From: Eledone cirrhosa
Taxonomy: Eukaryota
Direction: 5' to 3'
Assembly (NCBI GenBank): GCA_964016885.1
Contig: OZ024740.1
Location: 155,124,001-155,188,000, forward strand
Length of the DNA stretch: 64,000 bases
Below are positions 24,365 through 37,139 of this stretch, one piece after another. How positions within the stretch are numbered: position 1 is the stretch's first letter; every line of letters starts with the position of its first letter. The notes beneath the pieces are model-generated. The model was not told the DNA's origin. It was given only the letters and a program-made list of their open reading frames with translations, and searched no databases. The translations under genes and the position numbers were made by a program.

Positions 24365-26253
24365 GAGGTTGTTAAGTCCTCTGTAGAACAAAAATGTTCT
24401 CAACCCATTGTTATCTCCCCTCATTTGCCAACCTCTTTGCAGAGTGCACCTAGTGAAGTTTCTCATACCAGCACTAGTGAATTAGTCATGTATCAAGCAA
24501 AGACTAAAAAGTATTTACACTGTCTGTAGACATAGATAACGAGATATACAAACAAAGCTAGTTAGACATGCAAACAGACATAAATAGCTAGACAGATGTA
24601 CACACATACAGAGAGAGAGAGAGATTATGCTCTCACTTAAAATGTCTATATTCTGAGAGCATAAAATGTTTGAACTTTCACTCATCAAGTCTCATCATTG
24701 AGTGAACAAACAGATGATACTGAATGTATCTTTTCACTCACTTGTACAAAACATAATACATATGCACACACATGCATATATACACATAAACACATCTATA
24801 TATATATATAAACATATATACATAATTGTTTCTACTTTTGGCACAAGGCCAGCAATAACCCCAGTGCATTACTGGTACTTTATTTTATCGAGTCCATAAG
24901 GATGAAAGGCAAAGTTAACCTCGGCGGGATTTCGACACAGAGCGTAAAGGGCCATAACTATGTTGCAAAGCATGTTGTCCAACACTCTACTGATTTTGGC
25001 AATCCACCGTCCTATATACATAATGTCCTGCAAGACAACATATAATCACATTTATATTCAAGAAACAGAAATATTAGATGTTCATGCAGGTGTTAACTCA
25101 AACAGAAATTAAACTGTGTGAGTGTGTGGAGTGGGGTTGGTTGCTTTTAGGTGATGGATAAGAATAACAAATTCTAAATATAAAAAAAGGAAAAAAAAAA
25201 TTCTAGTGAAGCAGCAGATTATATATGTTTAATATCAGTTTTGCCAGATAGTTGTTAACTAACCCCTGAAGAGATCTAGACAACCAACAGATCAGAGTTA
25301 GGGATAAAGAGATTAAAGAAAAAATAGACAGACAGTCAGATAAAGAGAGTGGTAGGCTGATAAGATAACCAGGTAGCTATAAAGATAGATAGATACATCA
25401 ATATCCAGATTGACAGATAGAGATAGAAAGCTAAATAGATAGAAATTATTCGTGGAATAGGTTTTATGCCATGATACATTAATAGATACACAAAGATAGA
25501 TAGCTAGAGAGACAGACAGAAGGACATAGTTCAACAAAGAATTCTCTCTTTGAGTGAAGACAAATTGATGATGTTTGTGTATAAACTGTGATGTGACATG
25601 GTGCTGAAACTTGGGCATAGAATGTAGAGGATATGCAAAAGCTGGAAAGAAATGAAGTTTTTACAGGATGAGTAATCTTAGTGTGCGTGAATGATGGAGC
25701 ACAAATGAGCTGAGAGAAAAACAAGGCTATAAAATGAATCATGTAGTGTGCAGGAAAAAAGCCTGAGATGGTAGGGACATGAAATGCACATAAAGGTTTA
25801 AAGTTGAGTAAAGATGTGCCAAGCAATCTACATAAAAGGAACTTATGGTAGAGGAAAACCAAGGTAAACATGGGAAGAAGTGCTGAAACCTGATTTCGGG
25901 AGGCTGAACTTCATAGAGGAGATGGTATATATATATATATATATATATATAATCATCATCATCATCATCATAGTTTAACGTCCATTTTTCCATGCTAGCA
26001 TGGGTTAGATGAGCTGTCTCATTGTGAGACAAGCTAGATGAGATGACAGTGTCTTGCTCATACAGGACTGACTTTGACTTGTTTCTACAGCTGGATGCCC
26101 TTCCTAATGCCAACCACATTTACAGTGTGTACTGGGTTCTTTTGTTGTGAGACCTACACTACCACTTTACAGTGGGCTGGGCACTTTTTGTGTGTCACCT
26201 ACACAACCACTTTAGAGTGTGGGCTGTATATATATATATATATAGTATATATA

Positions 26254-27230
26254 TTTAGTATTGGTGCTATGATAATGCACTTAAATGCCTAGGAGAGCAG
26301 TTACTTGGAATAAGAACTGACTCAGACAGTGACAACCTGTCCGACATGCCAGCCTGAAAAGTGAATGTAAAATGAGGATTAGGAATATTTGGCAGCTATG
26401 TCTTGCAGTTTGAATGATAATATAGTAGTAGTCAAAGGTATTATAGTCATAACTTTACCTTCTTTTTTCAGACATGTACCTAGGACTAGAACAACCTTAT
26501 TCACTGTGTCCTTCCTTTTTTTGAAATGGTAGGCATGATGTGAATGAAAATTGGCTACTATTTCTAGTAGCTTAAGCAACTATGTAGAAACTTCCATGTT
26601 AGCTTCCATAGTCTTCAGTTGATAGTCGAGGCTTGTCAATATATATTCCAAGGAAGACATATGAAGATTTTCTGAGGATATATCTTGTGTTTCTAGGCCT
26701 CATTGAAGAGAAATATTCTAGATAATTAGAGATACATATACTTACTAGGCAAAAAATTAGCAGAGTCAGTATTTCTAGCTCTCTGAGTTCAAATATCAGC
26801 ATGATCATCTTTACCTTTCATCCTTTTGTGGTCATCTTTACTTTTCATCCTTTCGAGGTTGATCAAATAAAGTAGTACTCCAGGACAATGGATTGGCAGA
26901 ATTGTTAGTGTGGGATGAAATACTTTTGTGATATTTGTTTCTACTCTTTGAGTTCTGAATTAAAATCCTGTTCTGGTCTACTTGGGTGATATACTGATCC
27001 CGTCCACCAGTTTAACACCACCACTTAACCCTTGGGTGCCATTAACAGGAGTCACTCTGTAGCAAACATTCAGACCAGATTTCCACTTTAACCCTTTAGC
27101 ATTTAAACCGGCCATATCCGGCCAGAATTCTCTCACCTCTTTCTGTTCAAATCAGATGTAACTGATGGCTCATACTGATGTTAAGATATTGTTTTCAAAA
27201 TAAATAATATCAAAATCTCATAGATTCGAT
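26254..27230. repeat. right arm of the inverted duplication (977 bp)
   Basis: Differs from the left arm by a 12-nt insertion near 26591-26610 and a 1-nt indel near 27185; I saw no other differences. Confidence 0.95.
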
Positions 27231-27517
27231 TGATGTGAGATAATTATGTGAAATAAAGCCTTTACCATAAAAATAAAATAGTAAATATAGAGTAATGTAA
27301 ATGGGATAGAGTTACTCAAGGGACCTGAAAAATCTTGTGGGCACTGTCTTTCATCTCCTTACTAAACAGCAAAAAAAAAAATAGAAGTGACTATTCCTCC
27401 CATAAACCTTTATAATTCTGAAAGGTAACCACGTGTGATGCCATTTTTTAGTGTTGTTTTTGTTTACTTATGAATATATTTATATATTTCTGTTTTTTTT
27501 TTCTTTTTTTCTTTTAG

Positions 27518-27697
27518 GATGCTGTAAAGATCATGGCTAAAGATTTGGTGCGTACGAGGCGATATGTGAAAAAGTTCATTATAATGAAAGCCAACATCCA
27601 AGTTGTCTCATTGAAAATCCAAACATTGCGATCCAACAATGCCATGGCCCAAGCAATGAAAGGTGTTACACGAGCTATGCAAACGATGAACAAACAG
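27518..27697 (+). CDS. CHMP2A: CHMP2A coding exon 2
   Basis: DAVKIMAKDLVRTRRYVKKFIIMKANIQVVSLKIQTLRSNNAMAQAMKGVTRAMQTMNKQ. Polypyrimidine-TAG acceptor, GTTAGT donor, 180 nt, phase 0/0. Confidence 0.97.
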
Positions 27698-28659
27698 GTT
27701 AGTAGACAGTCTATTATTTTGTTGTTCTCCTTGTTTATAATAAGGGCAAATAAAGTTGTTGTTCAGCTCTACCACCCTCTTATTCAACTATAATAGAGCA
27801 GAATTATGATTAAATGCATTCCAATTGTGACCACTCCTCCTTTTTATTAGTGTTTATGACTACATGTTTTTTTATCAGTAGGGTATGATATGAGTAAGAT
27901 TTAGCTGCTATTGTTAGCAGGTTGAGCAATCACATAGAGGCTCCCACTTGCAGTATTTTATTGTTCTGAATTCAAACCCCACCCAACTTAACTTTTTGTG
28001 ATAAAATAAGGATCTGTAATACACTGGTGTACAATTCAGCAGCTATACATGCTATCCTACACAATAACATGCACCTTAGAAAGAAATCTTCATTATCATA
28101 TGGCAGTAACTTGGCAGAATCATAAGAGCATAGAACAAAATGCTCTTCAATATTTATTTTGGCTCTTCACTTTCTGAGTTCAAATGTAGCCAACATTAAC
28201 TTTGCATTTCATCTTTACAGAATCAATAAAATAAAGTGCCAGACCAGGGCAGTGGATGAGTGGAAATGTTACATCAGATAAAATACTTTGTGATATTTAT
28301 TCCATCACTTTGTATTCTGAATTCTTGAGTAGTAGACATAATCTGTCATCCTGTTTAACACCATTACCCGATTCTTGGCTACCTTTAATGGATTCCACTC
28401 TGTGGTAAGCATTTGAGCTAGGTCTCTGGTTTTGTAGAAAATTTCCTTGTATGAGTTTCAGAGGCCCTGAAAAATAGTCACAGGCTGACTCAGAAAGGAA
28501 GAAAAAGAGAAAGAGTTGTCTTATCTATTATATCAGAGTTTGTGTATCTATAGCATAAAAAGTCTGTTAGGTTGTGAAAAGGGAATTTATTAGGTGTAGA
28601 AGATAGAGAGAGAAATTTCAGATAGTGGTAGTGGCAGCAGCAACAATGTGAAAATACTT

Positions 28660-29092
28660 TTTAAGTCTTATATCTTTATGGAAAGAGGTTGGTAAGAGTG
28701 TGTATGTGAAAGAGAGAGAGAGAGCTATAACAAGCCTTTATGGAAAGGGAATGGTAAGAGTGTGTCAGAGAGAGAGTGAGTGAGCTACAACAGTTCTTTC
28801 TGGAAAGGGGGATGGTAAAAGTGTGTGTGTAGAGAGAAAGAGCTGTAACAAGTCTTTATGAAAGAGGATGGTGAGAGAGTGAGCTATAAAAATTATTTGT
28901 GGAAAGGGGATGGTAAGAGTGTGTATGTGAAAGAGAGAGAGGGAGAACTATAACAAGTCTTTATGGAAAGGGAATGGTAAGAGTGTGTGAGAGAGAGAGA
29001 GTGAGCTACAACAGTTCTTTTTGTAAAAGGGAGTGGTAAAATGTGTGAGAGAGAGAGCTGTAACAAGTCTTTATGGAAAGCAGATGGTTAGT
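28660..29092. repeat. minisatellite, about 55-60-bp unit, about 8 copies
   Basis: Unit approximately ACAAGTCTTTATGGAAAGGGAATGGTAAGAGTGTGT(GA)nGCTATA with a variable internal (GA)n. Confidence 0.9.
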
Positions 29093-29254
29093 ATGTGATT
29101 TTGTTTAAAATTCAGAAGCTTATATTATTTGTGTATATATAATAAGTATATAACTTAGAAAACATTTAAAACGTCATATTGATCTTTAATATTTGGTGGT
29201 TGTTAAACCATGGAATTTCTATGGGTCAGCTACTTATTATTATTACTATTGCAT

Positions 29255-30380
29255 AGGACAGTATCAGTAAAGTTTTGGACACCATACTTTGTAGCATAGA
29301 ATTATGGCCCTTTACCTTCTGAGTTCAAATCCCGCCGAGGTTAGCTTTACCTTTCATCCTTACAAGGTCAATAAAATAAAGTACTGGTAATGCATTGGGG
29401 TCAATTTAATTGACTTTCTCCTCACCTTCAAATTGCTGACCTTTTGCCTAAAGTAGAAACAATAATTACTATTGCATTGATGACAGTGGATTGGCAGGAT
29501 TAGTAGAGTGTCAGATAAAATGCTTTACAGCATCTAGTTACAGCCCTTTACATTCTGAGTTCAAATCCTACTGAACTTGGCTTTGCTTTTCATCCTTACA
29601 GGGTTGATATAATAAAGTACTGGTAACATACTGGGATTCAATCAATTTTACCCTCCCCCATAAATTACTGGCCTTCTGCCTAAATCAGAAACCATTATTA
29701 TTTGAATTGGTAGTATCAGTAGGGGGTCGGACGCCATGCTTTCCAGCATAGTTACGTCCCTTTACGATCTGAGTTCAAATCCCGCCGAGGTTGACTTTGC
29801 CTTTCATCCTTACCGTGTCGATAAAATAAAGTACCAGTAATGCACTGGGTAATTGCTGGCCTTGTGCCTAAAGTAGAAACAATTATTATTATTATTGTAT
29901 TGGGGCAGTGGACTGGCAATATCGGTAGAGTGTTAAACAACATGCTTTGCAGCATCCTAGTTATGCCCCTTCACATTCTGAGTTCAAGCCCTGCCACGGT
30001 TAGCTTTGCTTTTCATCCTTATGGGTCAATAAAATAAAGTACCAGTAATGCATTATGGGCAATTTAATTTACTTTCCCCTTCTATTTAATTTGCTTGCCT
30101 TGTGCAAAATGTAGAAAGTGGCAAAAATGTATGAAACACTATGCAATAATTAGTTACAGCCCATTACGGTTTGAGTTCAAATCCCACCAAGATCAGCAGT
30201 TTTGACTTTTATCCTTTCTGGGTACAGGAGTTGACTAAATCAAATATACCCTCCTCTAGAATTCGTGGCCTGTGGAATTTAGTTGGAATGTTCTAAGTTC
30301 AAATCCAACTGTTCATCCTTCCATGGTTAATTCGTTGATAAAATAAATACCAAACATGTACTGAGGTTCAGTATCATTGA
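29255..30380 (+). mobile_element. head-to-tail array of family A SINEs (about 5-6 copies)
   Basis: Consecutive copies at about 210-220-bp spacing with mixed divergence. Confidence 0.85.
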
Positions 30381-30568
30381 TTGTTCCCTCTTAGAGAATT
30401 TGGACAGAGATGTGGTAGAAAGAGATTAAATTGTGTTACTGACCTTATCCAGAAATAGTAGCCAAATCTTACATTGTATATTATAAAAAAAAAAAGGTTT
30501 ATCACAGATGAATAGATAACCTCTTTTAAAGAGATTTCAAGCATTTGATTTTGATATCAAAACAAAAC

Positions 30569-30572
<4 letters not shown>

Positions 30573-30655
<83 letters not shown>
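30573..30655. repeat. (CT)n microsatellite
   Basis: About 41 uninterrupted CT units. Confidence 0.98.
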
Positions 30656-30656
<1 letters not shown>

Positions 30657-30980
30657 ATACACATACACAAAATATATGCAAACCTGTGGTGCAACTAGAT
30701 TACAAATTACCACATTTGAAAGGAGTTTGCTATGAAGGTATGTGGCCTAGTGGTTAAGTTGTTTGACTCATTATTATAAAGTTGTGAGTTTGATTCCTGG
30801 ACTGGGTGGTGCATTGCATTCTTGAGCAAAATACTTTATTTCATTTTAATCCTTCTGTCAGGATTTGCATCTGGAAGATAGTATTAGCAGTGGAAATACC
30901 AACAGACAGTGTTTCCTTGGTCTAATCAAGTAACAGTTAAGATGTCAAAGTATCAACTTTTTAATATATTTATCTTTCAG

Positions 30981-31108
30981 CTAAAATTACCTCAGATCCA
31001 AAAAATCATGATGGAATTTGAGAAACAGTCTGAGATGATGGACATGAAGGAAGAAATGATGAACGATGCCATCGATGATGCTATGGGAGAAGACGATGAA
31101 GAGGAAAG
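30981..31108 (+). CDS. CHMP2A: CHMP2A coding exon 3
   Basis: LKLPQIQKIMMEFEKQSEMMDMKEEMMNDAIDDAMGEDDEEE plus AG. TTTCAG acceptor, GT at 31109, 128 nt. Confidence 0.97.
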
Positions 31109-31712
31109 GTTTGTTTATAACGTTTTGGGATATTCTCTGATATTCTTGAACTGGTTTCAGCCATTGGACTGCAAATTGGCAGTCATTAGAATGACATGTT
31201 CCAGCTCTCTTCCCCAAGGTCAACTTTGCTTTTCCTCCTTTTCTAGTTGATAAAACAAAATACCAGTCGAGGGTGGTGGATTGACGGAATTGTTAAAGCA
31301 TCGAGCACAATGCCTTGCAGTATTTGTTCTAGTTCTTTGCATTCTAAGTTCAAATCTCACTGTCACCTACATGGAAGGTAAACCATTGCCTGATTCAACA
31401 CCACTACCTGACACTTGGGCCCTTTAGCAGAGTTCACTATGTTGCAAGCATTTGGATCAAGTTTCTTATTTGAGGATACCTTAATTCTGCCCTCTCAACA
31501 GTCTTGGAAACTCTAAAAACAAGGTCATGGGCATTGCTTTGTCATGCCTGACTTAACTGAAAGGGTATCTGGCCTTAAAATACTGTCTCAAAAAGTCTTC
31601 TTTTACCCCAGCAATCAAGGAAAAGAAGATGCAAAAGTGTCAATGATGATATAATATATTTACTAATTACACTCATGTCAGTCAGTGTGTGTATATATAT
31701 ATATTTATATAT

Positions 31713-32500
31713 ATCATCACCATTTAATGTACATTTTTCCTCACTAGCATGGGTTAGGTGAGTTATCCTGTTGTGAGTCAAGTCAGGTGACTGTGTCTTG
31801 CTCATACAGAACTATTTCTGGCTTGGTTTCTGCAGCTGGATGACTTTCCTAATACCTACCACATTTACAGTGTGTACTGGATGCCTTTTATCGTGGCACC
31901 AAAACTACTTTACAGTGTGGATTGGGTGCTTGGTACCAAAATAGCCATTTTTTTTGTTATGTCACCATCACGAATCCTTTACAAGCTGGTCTGGGTACTT
32001 TTGTCATCAATCCATCACAACCACTTTACAGAATGGATTAAGTTTATATTGTCATGTTGCTAATACAACCACACTACAAGGTGGACTGGGGGCTTTGTCA
32101 TGTCTCAAATCTGCCTATTCCACAGAGTGGGCCAGGTGCCTTCTGTCATGCCACCAACACACCCACTTTACAGTGTGGGCTGGGTGCCTTCTTACAAAGT
32201 GGACTGGGTGCATATTTGACATGTCTACAACATGACCATCTTGCCGGGAGGGAGCTAGGTGCTCTTTTGTCATGGCAGCAACATGAGCAACATACATGGT
32301 GGACTAGAGGGTTTTGTTATATCACCAGCATGACCACCTTGCAGTATGGACAGAGCTATTAGCCATTAGAATTTCAGCAGCATTGTGGGAGAGTGTGTTC
32401 ATCTTTCCAAGCATGGTAAGTGGGGATGGGGTCTGTAGGTTGGGGATTGAAGAGATAGGTCTAGGGTGGGGTACTTAGCTGGTGGAGTGTTAAGACAAGT
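31713..32500 (-). mobile_element. RTE-type 3' UTR fragment with an expanded array of its about 40-bp repeat (31860-32350)
   Basis: The (GAT)n tail and CAGCTGGATG...CCTAA motif are followed by about 12 diverged units of ACCACTTTACAGTGTGG(A/G)CTGGGTGC...TTGTCATG. Confidence 0.75.
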
Positions 32501-32967
32501 GTATGGAAGTGGAAAGGGGAAAATTGGTGCATACTAGAGACCACTAGATGTTACTTCATCCCGTGCACATGGAAAGGCAGTATATACACACATACACACA
32601 CACACATATATATAGTGAAGGCACATGGCTTAGTGGTTAGGGTGTTGGGCTTACAATTGTGAAGTTGTGAGTTCGGTTCTCAGACCGAACAATATGCTTT
32701 TTCCTTGAAGAAAACACTTTATTTCATGTTGCTCCAGTTTATTCAGCTGGAGAAATGAGTTGCGATGTCACTGGTGCCAAGCTGTATCGGTCTTTGTCTT
32801 TCCCATGGACGATTTTGGTGGCATGGAGAGGGGGAGACGGGAGACTGGTATGCATGGGTGACTACTGGTCTTCCACAAAAACACCTTGCTCAGACTTGTA
32901 CTTTGGAGGAGAACTTTCTAGGTGTGCAAATCCCATGGTCATACATAACTGAAAGGGGTCTTTACCC

Positions 32968-33013
<46 letters not shown>

Positions 33014-33016
<3 letters not shown>

Positions 33017-33205
33017 GTTACAACAGTGACATGTACAGGTTCTTAAGTTTTGTTTGGTTATTTATTCACCCCAACTCATTCAGCATGTCATATGACAGGC
33101 TGAAAGAGTTTGGGTGAATAATCCAACAAAACTTAAGAACCTGTACATGTCACTGTTGTAACTAACTATACTTAATTTGTGCTATAGACTATATTTGTAC
33201 TACAG
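33014..33205 (+). mobile_element. Penelope-like terminal fragment: about 75-bp-arm hairpin with a decayed hammerhead plus tail, in (TA)n
   Basis: Arms 33014-33091 and 33092-33165 with apex TGTCATATGACA. The right arm reads ACAGG-CTGAAAGA-GTTTGG...CCAAC-AAAAC-TTAA-GAA-CCTGT. Confidence 0.65.
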
Positions 33206-33327
33206 TATATATATACACACATATTTATCTATCTATATATACGTGTTTATATATAGAGAGAGAGATATACATATACCACCCTTGCAAGCAGGGAAAAGTG
33301 GACGTAAAATGATGATGATGATGATGA

Positions 33328-33367
<40 letters not shown>

Positions 33368-34126
33368 GCACACTCATACATACGTATAAGCCACCAGACA
33401 CATCTCAGTCCCTTCAAGGACATTTCCTTTTCCATAGTATTATAACCCCCCTCCCCCTCTCTCTCTCTCATCAATGCCTCCTACCCACCAATGCTGGTGC
33501 TGCATATATATAATGAATTGTATGCACCAACACACACACACAGCTACACACATACCATGTCATGATTTGTGAAATGTTATCATATAAGTCAAAACAACAG
33601 TTCTTCCTTCAGTTAAAATGTATTTCAAACTGACAAACATAATGTGAGAATAATAACATTTTGAAAATGTCCACTGATTTCTATCAGCTCTGATATAGAA
33701 ACATTTAAATTCTCTCTTTCTCTCTTTTTTTCTTTTGAAGGGAGTTTGCTTACCACATGTTTTCAAATTCAGTCCCACTGCATGGCACTTTGAGCAAATG
33801 TTTGATAGATAGAAACTGTGTAGATGCCTGTTGTGTGTATGTGTGTGTATATGTGTCTATATATATATATATAAAAGATCTAGCTGTTGAAATGGCCGGA
33901 GCTCAGCCGTCGGGGTCCTGAATCTTTTAATATATGCTTGATATATTCACTTTAAGTAATACTCTCTTTATAACACCTTTCATTATTTTACTATCTTTTC
34001 ACTGTAATATTATTTTGTTCTTCTTGCTCTTCAATATAACGTCACTGACACTATTAATTATAATGTATCTTAATGAATGTTCTAAAGACTAGGAATGTAA
34101 TTACTTGTTTTAACATTGTATAAGAT

Positions 34127-34165
34127 CCGATGATTCCAGACATTTGTCTGGAAAAAACGATCGTC
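34127..34165 (+). other. degenerate minimal hammerhead in a probable Penelope-like relic (about 33873-34315)
   Basis: CCGATGA-TTCCAGAC-attt-GTCTGGAA-AAAAC-GATC-GTC: a perfect 8-bp stem II, palindromic stem III and a GTC triplet, with core changes U4C and G12A and no stem I. Confidence 0.55.
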
Positions 34166-34360
34166 AGCAATTAAATGCATTAAACAAAAATTTGATTGTT
34201 TTATATGGTGTATTTCTGCTCTATAATATAACTGATATTTTACATTGAGCTAATTTTCTTACTGGTAATTGGATAATACAAAATATTATCCTTTCTTATT
34301 TATAATTGTATATAGATTATATATATAAGTATAAATATTATTATTATTATTATTATTATA

Positions 34361-34756
34361 TACGAGGGCAATCCCAAAAGTAAGGTCTCCTTCCGATATT
34401 GCAACTTTTCCATTAAAATCCTGTGGATGGTGCTTCGGGAAACCTCAGGAACCAAAATGCAGATAGCATCCAGAGTGATCCGCCGATGTTTTACGCATGT
34501 TTTCCTCGGAAGGAGACCTTACTTTTGGGATTGCCCTCAATATAATAACTGCGCTAAATTCGCACTTGGTGGTAGCATTCATCAGGAGCTCCATTCTCAA
34601 CGGCTGCCAAGCCAAGATTGAGCATCCCAGCGAAGCACGCGCATGCTTGTTTGGGAGTGAAGGAAGCACCAATCACAACAGTGTTGCCAACAGCCGTACA
34701 AACAGTTTCTTTGCATCCCCATCGCTTTGGAGACCTTACTTTTGGGATTACCCTCG

Positions 34757-34758
<2 letters not shown>
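34361..34758. mobile_element. mariner-type MITE with three TIR copies
   Basis: Left TIR TACGAGGGCAATCCCAAAAGTAAGGTCTCC at 34361-34390; right TIRs at 34512-34542 and 34729-34758; TA flanks. Confidence 0.85.
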
Positions 34759-34818
<60 letters not shown>

Positions 34819-34898
34819 GATGATGATGATGATGATGATAATACACACATACATAAAGTATGTCAACTGGTTAAAATTAACTTCATTTATTCATAATT

Positions 34899-34957
34899 GC
34901 TGTTATATATATTTCGGTCATAACTGTTATGCAACAGCTATGACCTCATCAGACAGC
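34899..34957 (-). ncRNA. minimal type I hammerhead ribozyme, intact core
   Basis: The minus strand reads GCTGT-CTGATGA-GGTCATAGCTGTT-gcat-AACAGTTATGACC-GAAA-TATATA-TA-ACAGC: 5-bp stem I, 13-bp stem II closed by G-C, a 2-bp stem III with a self-complementary loop, and an AUA triplet. Confidence 0.8.
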
Positions 34958-35877
34958 TAGAATTTGAACACAAAAAAAAAACATAAAAACATAAAGATAA
35001 AATAAAGCTTACTTCTGTTATTTCGATTACTTGATATGCTCTGGGCTGAATTTTGGTGTTGCTTTCTCAAGGCACTGGTAGCATATATATATCATTATCT
35101 TCACCATTTACTGTCTATTTTCCATGTTTGCATGGATTAGATGTGTTATCACATTCTAAGGCTACACAGGTCAGGTGTTCAAGTCTGGAACAGACATTGT
35201 ATTTTTTTACATGGTTTCTTCAGCTGGTTGCCTTTCCTGATGCCAACCACTTTACAGTATGTGTGGGAAGCATTTTATCATGGCACCTGCACTACCACAA
35301 TATAGGGTGGACTGTGCTTTTTACCATATATATATTTAAGGCAGTATTATATGACTGGAAACTCTTCCTGAGATCAATTCTTACTTATTTTTAATTATGG
35401 TACTTATTCCACTGATCTTCACCTGTTGAACCACGAGGTTACAATTTGAAACTGGAACGTCAATGGAGTGGTGAGGTTAAAAATAAAAGCCAGCAAACAG
35501 CAGAGCAACGGAAATAACTCCAACAATAGCTATTAATCCAAGTTGCAATGAAATAACAATGATGCAGTAGGGAGTGGATCTTGACTGTTAGTCAACATAT
35601 GAAAGTAACAGACTTGTTAGATCTCATCAGAGATATGTATTCACAAGCATATATACATATATATTTACATACACATTTATATTTACATATTCAATGTTCC
35701 TTCTAAGCTATATTAATGCATGGCCTTACATACTGCACAGTAGTTCTGAATTAAAAATATTTTTGCTCAAAATATCAAACATTTTGCTCAATAGTTGGGG
35801 AAAAATTAGAGGTAATATTGCATATATTCCTTGTTTGATTGGCTTCTGTTTTAACTTGTCATTTGGTTTCTTTTCAG

Positions 35878-35939
35878 TGATGCCATTGTATCACAAGTCC
35901 TTGATGAATTAGGTCTACAGATGTCAGAGGAATTATCAG
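35878..35939 (+). CDS. CHMP2A: CHMP2A coding exon 4 (62 nt; missed by the ORF track)
   Basis: (S)DAIVSQVLDELGLQMSEELS(G). TTTTCAG acceptor and GTAAAT donor; phases 2 and 1 match the neighbouring exons. Confidence 0.96.
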
Positions 35940-37015
35940 GTAAATCTTCAGCTTTTATTTTCATTTGTTTTTTTTTTAATATTTATGTTTTCCACGTATT
36001 TTGTAATATTACTGACCTGCTTGTTATATTTCTTGTTTGTGTTTGTTATTAAATGTTATTTTGTTGGTAATAAAAGCACCAATGAAATAAACTCTTTCAT
36101 AGACTTGGGGTTCTCCATAGATGTAATTCATAGCTTCTGTCAACTATGTAACCTAATTATCAGTGGAGAATGGAGCTCTAAAAGCATAGTAGCCTGGATA
36201 AGAACACCATGGAAAATGGCTAGGGAGCTATTACTTCTAATAGCCAGAAAGGGATTCTCCCTCCAAGTGAAAAGCAGATTAACAATGCTTGTGTAACTAA
36301 TGCAGTGTTGTTGCATAGTAGTGAGACATAGGCATTGAATGCAGAAAACATGTAAAAGCTGTAGAGAAATGAAGTGAGCATATTCTACAGAAGGTGTAAT
36401 ATTTGTATGCTTATACAACAAGGCATAGATGAGTTGACAGAAAAGCTGAGTATAAAAGAAATTAGATGTAGTGTGCAAGACTTAACTGGTATGAATATAT
36501 ATAGCCTAGCCTATAGCCTCATCCCATCCTAATATCTGAGTGTCAGGGGTCATGGACTTATGGACCAGCACTCTCCATCCTTTCCTGTCTCTTGCCATTG
36601 CTGTACATTCCACCAAACTCCTTCCTGTCCATTCCTTAATATCATCTGCCGTGCCCTTGCTCTTTTTCCTTGTATTCATCTCTCAAGGATGTGGGTAGTC
36701 AAATTTTGGGCCCCGATGACATGACCCAAATACTTTTATAATGTGTATAAATAATGACAGTTGGGTAAAGAAGCAAGAAGAGATCCAAGTAAAAGAAAGA
36801 TACAGTGGCATGAAACTCAAGTAACAAGAAAGAAATCTGTTCAAATAAAACTTATACAGGTACTGAGTACTCTCTTCTTCATTCATTCACAAAGCGTAAT
36901 GTTTGATGATAGGTGTGAGTACAAACAAATGAAAAGAACAATTAACTTATAATGTGAACTTCAGTATACATATGAATAGTTTGACTTATTCATGCATTAC
37001 CAATGGTTTTAAGCA

Positions 37016-37120
37016 TAAATGAACACGTCTAGCTCCTCATAACTATTCATAACACATCTGAAGAGTTAGACATGTTCATTTACATCTAATTACACAAGTA
37101 CCACAAACTGTTAATACATT
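37016..37120 (+). other. short fold-back with a decayed hammerhead-like motif
   Basis: TAAATGAACACGTCTAGCTC pairs with GAGTTAGACATGTTCATTTA. CTGAAGA(37058-37064)-GTTAGA...TCTAAT-TACAC-AA-GTA, with GAAA lost. Confidence 0.4.
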
Positions 37121-37139
37121 ATTTATATATATGTGTGTG

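Noticed and set aside
23822-26808. Identical short ORF pairs on opposite strands
   Set aside because: They result from the inverted duplication and cross decayed SINE sequence.
28660-32350. Regularly spaced repeats as CRISPR-like arrays
   Set aside because: There is no constant-repeat/unique-spacer structure and no cas genes, and the context is eukaryotic; these are minisatellites and SINE arrays.
35405-35470. TTCCA-CTGATCT...GAAAC-TGGAAC-GTC as another hammerhead
   Set aside because: The core is broken (CTGATCT) and stems I and II are unconvincing.
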